A stretch of DNA of 64,000 nucleotides from an uncultured Clostridia bacterium (lineage in GTDB: Bacteria; Bacillota; Clostridia; Oscillospirales; Ruminococcaceae), in the NCBI GenBank assembly GCA_947632025.1, contig CANRNN010000006.1, positions 72,030 through 136,029 of the forward strand. Reading direction: 5' to 3'. A program made the position numbers and the translations under genes. Positions 59,861-64,000 of this stretch are shown piece after piece (the stretch's first letter is position 1; every line of letters starts with the position of its first letter). The notes under the pieces were generated by a model that was not told where the DNA came from, made no database searches, and saw only the letters and a program-made list of their open reading frames with translations.

Positions 59861-60196
59861 TTCATCCTCATTGAGATCCTCATCACATCGACTTCCTCGG
59901 TTTCTTCCTCAGACACGCTCACAGCGGCTGATTCGCGCTGTTCCTTTTCAGTCGATTGAATTAACAGCAGCTCATAAAGCTACAGAGAAATTTCTATCTT
60001 CAAATTATCGCTCCTCTCCCATATTTATTTGAATGTTAGATCCTTTAACCTGTATTGATATGCGTTTTTTTGTTGTTTGCAACAATTTGTCCAATAATCT
60101 TTCCATGCTGCTGTATCGTCATATTTCACCAACTTGAAATCCTATTGTTCAAGAGCTGCTACACCTGCAAAATTGCATGAAAAAGCACCGCTTAGT

Positions 60197-60249
60197 GCGA
60201 TGCTTTCATATGTTATTGATTTACTATTTGCTTGATAAATGGAAATTTA
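60197..60249. repeat. Downstream arm, proximal part (homologous to 47370-47423)
   Basis: GCGATGCTTTCATATGTTATTGATTTACTAT..GATAAATGGAAATTTA, includes the GNAT stop codon. Confidence 0.8.
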
Positions 60250-60702
60250 TGCTTTTTCCATATATACAAATTGAAGCTCATCATTGATTACTTTGATATC
60301 AAAAATTTTATATCCTAAACTTTGATATAAACGAATATTATCTTTGCTTCTCGTGCTTGTAAAAAGCTCATATCGCTTATCTGGGAAGTATTCTTCTATT
60401 TTTTTAATTAGCCTTGTGCCATAACCATTGTGTCTGTAGTTAGGGTGAACCATTAGTTTTCCAATGTATACTGTTCCCTTAGCTTCTTTTGCACGGACTG
60501 AACCAATGATAGTATTTTCATCATTATACATTTTGAGTATAACACCATTATTATATTCGTCTACTACCTCATCCAGTGTTTGCTTTAGCGGTGGAATATC
60601 CCTCCCAAAGAGTGCTGCTTCGCTTTGATAGGAAAAATATTGAAGTTGTAATATTTCCTGCAAATCATCAATGTTCGCTTGACATATCTTCAATATAAAC
60701 AT
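60247..60702 (-). CDS. GNAT family N-acetyltransferase
   Basis: YIGKLMVHPNYRHNGYGTRLI, NIRLYQSLGY; start 60702 or TTG 60693. Confidence 0.92.
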   Translation of the reverse strand: MFILKICQANIDDLQEILQLQYFSYQSEAALFGRDIPPLKQTLDEVVDEYNNGVILKMYNDENTIIGSVRAKEAKGTVYIGKLMVHPNYRHNGYGTRLIKKIEEYFPDKRYELFTSTRSKDNIRLYQSLGYKIFDIKVINDELQFVYMEKA

Positions 60703-60743
60703 CCCCCTCCAAAATTCAATTTGTAGGTCAGTCTTAAACGTAA

Positions 60744-60819
60744 CCGACTGTATACAATTATACCACACTTTCCCCGAAAAAGCAAGCCCGAAAGAAACTT
60801 CAACTATCAATATTTCGAG
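60744..60819. repeat. Upstream promoter-bearing arm (homologous to 47911-47985)
   Basis: 42/44 identity over the first 44 nt, plus a shared TATCAATATTT.GAG tail. Confidence 0.9.
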
Positions 60820-60866
60820 CAGTATTTAATTGTAAAAGTGTGACAAAAAACTTCCGCTTAAAATAT

Positions 60867-61505
60867 TTATCTTATTTTTTGAATTTTCCCCTTTTCCATT
60901 TCATAAACACAGTCGCACAGAACGTCAATATCTTCCGAAGAATGGGAAGCGACTATAATCGTTTTCCCTTGTTCCTTTAATTCCAGAAGATATTTTCTCA
61001 TATCAAGCACGCCTTCTTTGTCCAAACCGTTCATAGGTTCATCGAGAATTAGAATATCCGGATCCTCCATAATCGCTTGAGCAAGCCCCAAACGCTGGCG
61101 CATTCCAAGCGAAAATTTGCCGACGTGCTTTTTATCATCGGGGTCCAGTCCGACTTGTTTTATCGCCGCGCGGACTTCACTTTTTCCAATTTTTCGTCGT
61201 ATTCTCGCAAGCTGCATTAAATTATTGTATGCAGAAAAATTTGGTAAGAATCCCGGATTTTCAATGATAACTCCAATATTATCGGGAATATCAATTTCCT
61301 TTCCGACCTGTTTTCCGCGCACAAAAACATTTCCCGAAGTTGGAGATACAAGTCCAAGAATACATTTCATCAGCACCGTTTTCCCGCTGCCGTTCCTGCC
61401 GATAAGTCCTGTTACCGAACATGGTTCAATTTCCAATGAAACATTATTCAATACTATATTATCGCGAAACTTTTTAGTAACATTTTCCAATTTAATAATG
61501 CTCAT
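60867..61505 (-). CDS. ABC transporter ATP-binding protein
   Basis: GRNGSGKT, FSLGMRQRLGLAQA, LILDEP. Confidence 0.96.
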   Translation of the reverse strand: MSIIKLENVTKKFRDNIVLNNVSLEIEPCSVTGLIGRNGSGKTVLMKCILGLVSPTSGNVFVRGKQVGKEIDIPDNIGVIIENPGFLPNFSAYNNLMQLARIRRKIGKSEVRAAIKQVGLDPDDKKHVGKFSLGMRQRLGLAQAIMEDPDILILDEPMNGLDKEGVLDMRKYLLELKEQGKTIIVASHSSEDIDVLCDCVYEMEKGKIQKIR

Positions 61506-61514
61506 TTTATCACC

Positions 61515-62357
61515 TCAACGAATATTCAAATCAGATTTTTTACGAGAGCAAATTGCCGTAATAATTGCTGAAATTAAAAACAGACAAACAAGCACCATTA
61601 TAACGACAACGGGCGACGCTCCCTCAGAGCTTTTCGGAGTAAATCCCGCCCATTCGATAATTACAAAATTTTTATACCATTGGAGAGCAACAAATCCTTT
61701 GAAAAGATACAGCGAAATGAGAATTATTCCTGTCACAGTTCCGCAATAACCTCCGCGTGAAATTGAATTTAACGATAATATAAGATTCCCGAAAACGAAC
61801 ATCAACAGCACTCCGACAGGAATGCTCCACGTCAGCGCCTCATACGGCGAAACTGCTTTTAATGCAGCGTCGGATACGCTTGCGGAAACATTGTATTCCG
61901 TAAGTGCAGGAGAAAAATTTGCTGCATTTTTGTGAATAATTCCCCATGAATTTTTGAAATTCAATTTGCCGATCAAAGGAATTATTGAAAACAGCGAAAT
62001 AATTAAAATCAATAAAATCGAAACACAAAAAACATACATTATCTGACTTAAATACCACGCGCGTTTTCCTCCGCGAATAACAAGGAAAGTCTGCTGCGTA
62101 TCTTTGAAAGGCAATTCCGAAAAAATAAAAAGCAATGAAATAAATATTTTTAATATTGAATAGTATTCCGAAAAATTATACGCGATAATTCCTATGCTGA
62201 TAGTTTCGCCAAACGCATATGCCGAACGCACAAACGGCATTATCAATGAAAAAACGGATGACAGGATCAGTAAAATCCCCGCCCAGACTTTCGGACTGTT
62301 CAGCGCGTACAGTAAGTGCCGCCGTGCCATTCCCCATGCGTAAAAAAGTGTTTTCAT
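61515..62357 (-). CDS. ABC-2 type permease-like membrane protein
   Basis: Six TM; ELPF.D.QQTFLVIRGGKRAW. Confidence 0.8.
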   Translation of the reverse strand: MKTLFYAWGMARRHLLYALNSPKVWAGILLILSSVFSLIMPFVRSAYAFGETISIGIIAYNFSEYYSILKIFISLLFIFSELPFKDTQQTFLVIRGGKRAWYLSQIMYVFCVSILLILIISLFSIIPLIGKLNFKNSWGIIHKNAANFSPALTEYNVSASVSDAALKAVSPYEALTWSIPVGVLLMFVFGNLILSLNSISRGGYCGTVTGIILISLYLFKGFVALQWYKNFVIIEWAGFTPKSSEGASPVVVIMVLVCLFLISAIITAICSRKKSDLNIR

Positions 62358-62365
62358 TGCTCCTC

Positions 62366-63199
62366 CTAATTTACGTCAGAACTCCTTGCATATTTTCGCT
62401 CGATTAGAAAATATGCGGTGACAATTATTATCACAAGGCAAACTGCAGAATAAATAAACGGGTAAAGTGTTGAAAATAAATTCATTCCCGCTCCCGTCGG
62501 ATCGCCGAATTGCGTATAGGGAGCATTTGTTTGACTGAACGCAAATTTTGGCATTATAAAAACAGGCAAGGGGATTATGCCCGCAATTATCCAGACAAGC
62601 TCTAAAATTACAAGCGGTGTTACCATTGCGATATAGGGGTTTGTGACCCATACGGAAACCAGTGCGGCAAACGCCGAAAATGTCCCCATATAACACGCGT
62701 TCACCATAAACGCCAGCGCGTAATATCCCAAAACATTTCCTTTTACAAGCAATTCTCCGCCTGTTTTCATCAACATCAAATAAATATATCCACCTTCGTT
62801 GTCGGCGGGAATTGTAAACGAATTATTAAACGATAATATGACAGTAAAAATTGAAAGCCCAATTACAGCTACTAAAGCTGAAATTGCAAATGTTGACAAA
62901 ATAGTTGACGCGGCGTAATTGAATTTTCCGGTTCTCTGATAGATATAAACAAATCGTCCGCTGCGCCAATCCTCAGAGAACAAAACTGCCGATGGTATAG
63001 CGCATATCACAAGCAAAAAGCTGTCGCTGTCAAACATCAGTGTATCGCCAATTATAAGTGCTATGCAATCATTAGTATGCACTAAATAACGGCTCATACA
63101 AAAAAGCATTAAAAAATAAAGCCCTGCCGAGATCCAGAATCTAGCGGTGCGAAGAGCGTAAAAAACATTTACACCGATCGCCGAAAATAGCCTCACCAT
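62366..63199 (-). CDS. ABC-2 type permease-like membrane protein
   Basis: Six TM; FSEDWRSGRFVYIYQRTG. Confidence 0.8.
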   Translation of the reverse strand: MVRLFSAIGVNVFYALRTARFWISAGLYFLMLFCMSRYLVHTNDCIALIIGDTLMFDSDSFLLVICAIPSAVLFSEDWRSGRFVYIYQRTGKFNYAASTILSTFAISALVAVIGLSIFTVILSFNNSFTIPADNEGGYIYLMLMKTGGELLVKGNVLGYYALAFMVNACYMGTFSAFAALVSVWVTNPYIAMVTPLVILELVWIIAGIIPLPVFIMPKFAFSQTNAPYTQFGDPTGAGMNLFSTLYPFIYSAVCLVIIIVTAYFLIERKYARSSDVN

Positions 63200-64000
63200 G
63201 TTATATCCTCTCCGGTAAATGCGTTTATTCGATAAAGCGGATGGCTGAACATTGCGTCAGCAGTTACACCGTCCATAAATTCATAATAAAATTCCCACGT
63301 CGGGTACATTATGAATTTATCGTTGTTCCAGATAGAAACATATCGAAGCGCAGCGTCCTCAATCACAATATTTTCATGTCCCAACTGTTCGTCTATTTTA
63401 TCGGCAACCATTTTTTCAGCTTCCGCAAATTCGATAAATTCCCTGTCGGGAGCAATTTCCTCGTTGAAATTATAAGGAAAATCAATACAAAAAAATTCAA
63501 TTCCACGTTTTGAATAAATAGCCTCTATCCTGCAACCGCACCTGTATTCACCTGAATAATTCAGTGCGCCCGTGAATACCTCGATTCCGTCCACCGCCTG
63601 CCGAGCTTTTATGTAATAAAAATCTTCCGGCTCGGTCCAGTTCATTGTAGGATTGGGGAAATTATTATTGCTCGAAACTGCGTTAAAATCATCTTTTGTT
63701 ATCGGGTAAACAACATAATTTATATCTGTCGAAATATATTTCTTAACATCATTTTCAAATCTGTCGGAAACCTCGGAAAGCGTCATAAAATCAAGATCCT
63801 TTTGCACCGGAGAGGGATCGTTAAAATAATGCTGCGCGACCAAATACAGGCTGTTGTTTTTTTGCCCGTAAATTGCAGACGGATACGACCCTTGAGCCGA
63901 AATATTCGAACTCCCGTATTCGGTTTCGTTGTCAAAATTTATTTCATTCGGATGAGGATAATTTTCTTTAATTTCGGGCTTGGAAAAAAACATCTCGCTC
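63193..64000 (-). CDS. C-terminal part of a hypothetical (probably extracellular) protein, truncated by the window edge
   Basis: Frame open to position 64000; ends ..MYPTWEFYY..LYRINAFTGEDITW*, overlapping the permease start. Confidence 0.7.
   Translation of the reverse strand, partial: SEMFFSKPEIKENYPHPNEINFDNETEYGSSNISAQGSYPSAIYGQKNNSLYLVAQHYFNDPSPVQKDLDFMTLSEVSDRFENDVKKYISTDINYVVYPITKDDFNAVSSNNNFPNPTMNWTEPEDFYYIKARQAVDGIEVFTGALNYSGEYRCGCRIEAIYSKRGIEFFCIDFPYNFNEEIAPDREFIEFAEAEKMVADKIDEQLGHENIVIEDAALRYVSIWNNDKFIMYPTWEFYYEFMDGVTADAMFSHPLYRINAFTGEDITW

Noticed and set aside
1-64000. tRNA, rRNA, CRISPR array, intact transposase/integrase
   Set aside because: No cloverleafs, regularly spaced repeats or recombinase motifs were seen by eye.

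Overview
This is a chromosomal segment of a sporulating, probably chemotactic gut-type Clostridia bacterium (Oscillospiraceae/Ruminococcus-like; taxonomy inferred from gene content and style). Positions 1-44 kb are mostly core genes: ylxM-ffh-rpsP-khpA, a methyl-accepting chemotaxis protein, rnpB, ung, yqfC/yqfD, radA and a MATE pump. They also include a split (archaeal-type) glutamate synthase operon ending in an ANTAR pseudo-receiver regulator, divergent gatCAB, a two-component system with an ABC transporter, birA, a Cys T-box with cysE-cysS, two cyclophilin lipoproteins, ppdK and proS. Positions 44-64 kb are largely accessory. The strongest candidates are: (1) a five-gene operon (circularly permuted ATP-grasp, alpha-E, transglutaminase, an active and an apparently inactive M14 peptidase) whose leader carries an ANTAR-type hexaloop hairpin overlapping a 16-bp terminator, suggesting control by the ANTAR protein of the glutamate synthase operon; (2) an AT-rich decayed island that reconstructs to a nucleoside-phosphorylase-fold gene plus a ~1170-aa HD/Hsp90-like ATPase fusion, a putative defence system; (3) two unrelated GNAT genes 13 kb apart embedded in homologous flanking arms, suggesting cassette-like cargo of one mobile element family. 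Several orphan promoter-terminator units (candidate sRNAs or small proteins) are also present. No tRNA, rRNA, CRISPR array or intact transposase/integrase was seen. All family assignments come from motif recognition by eye, not database searches.
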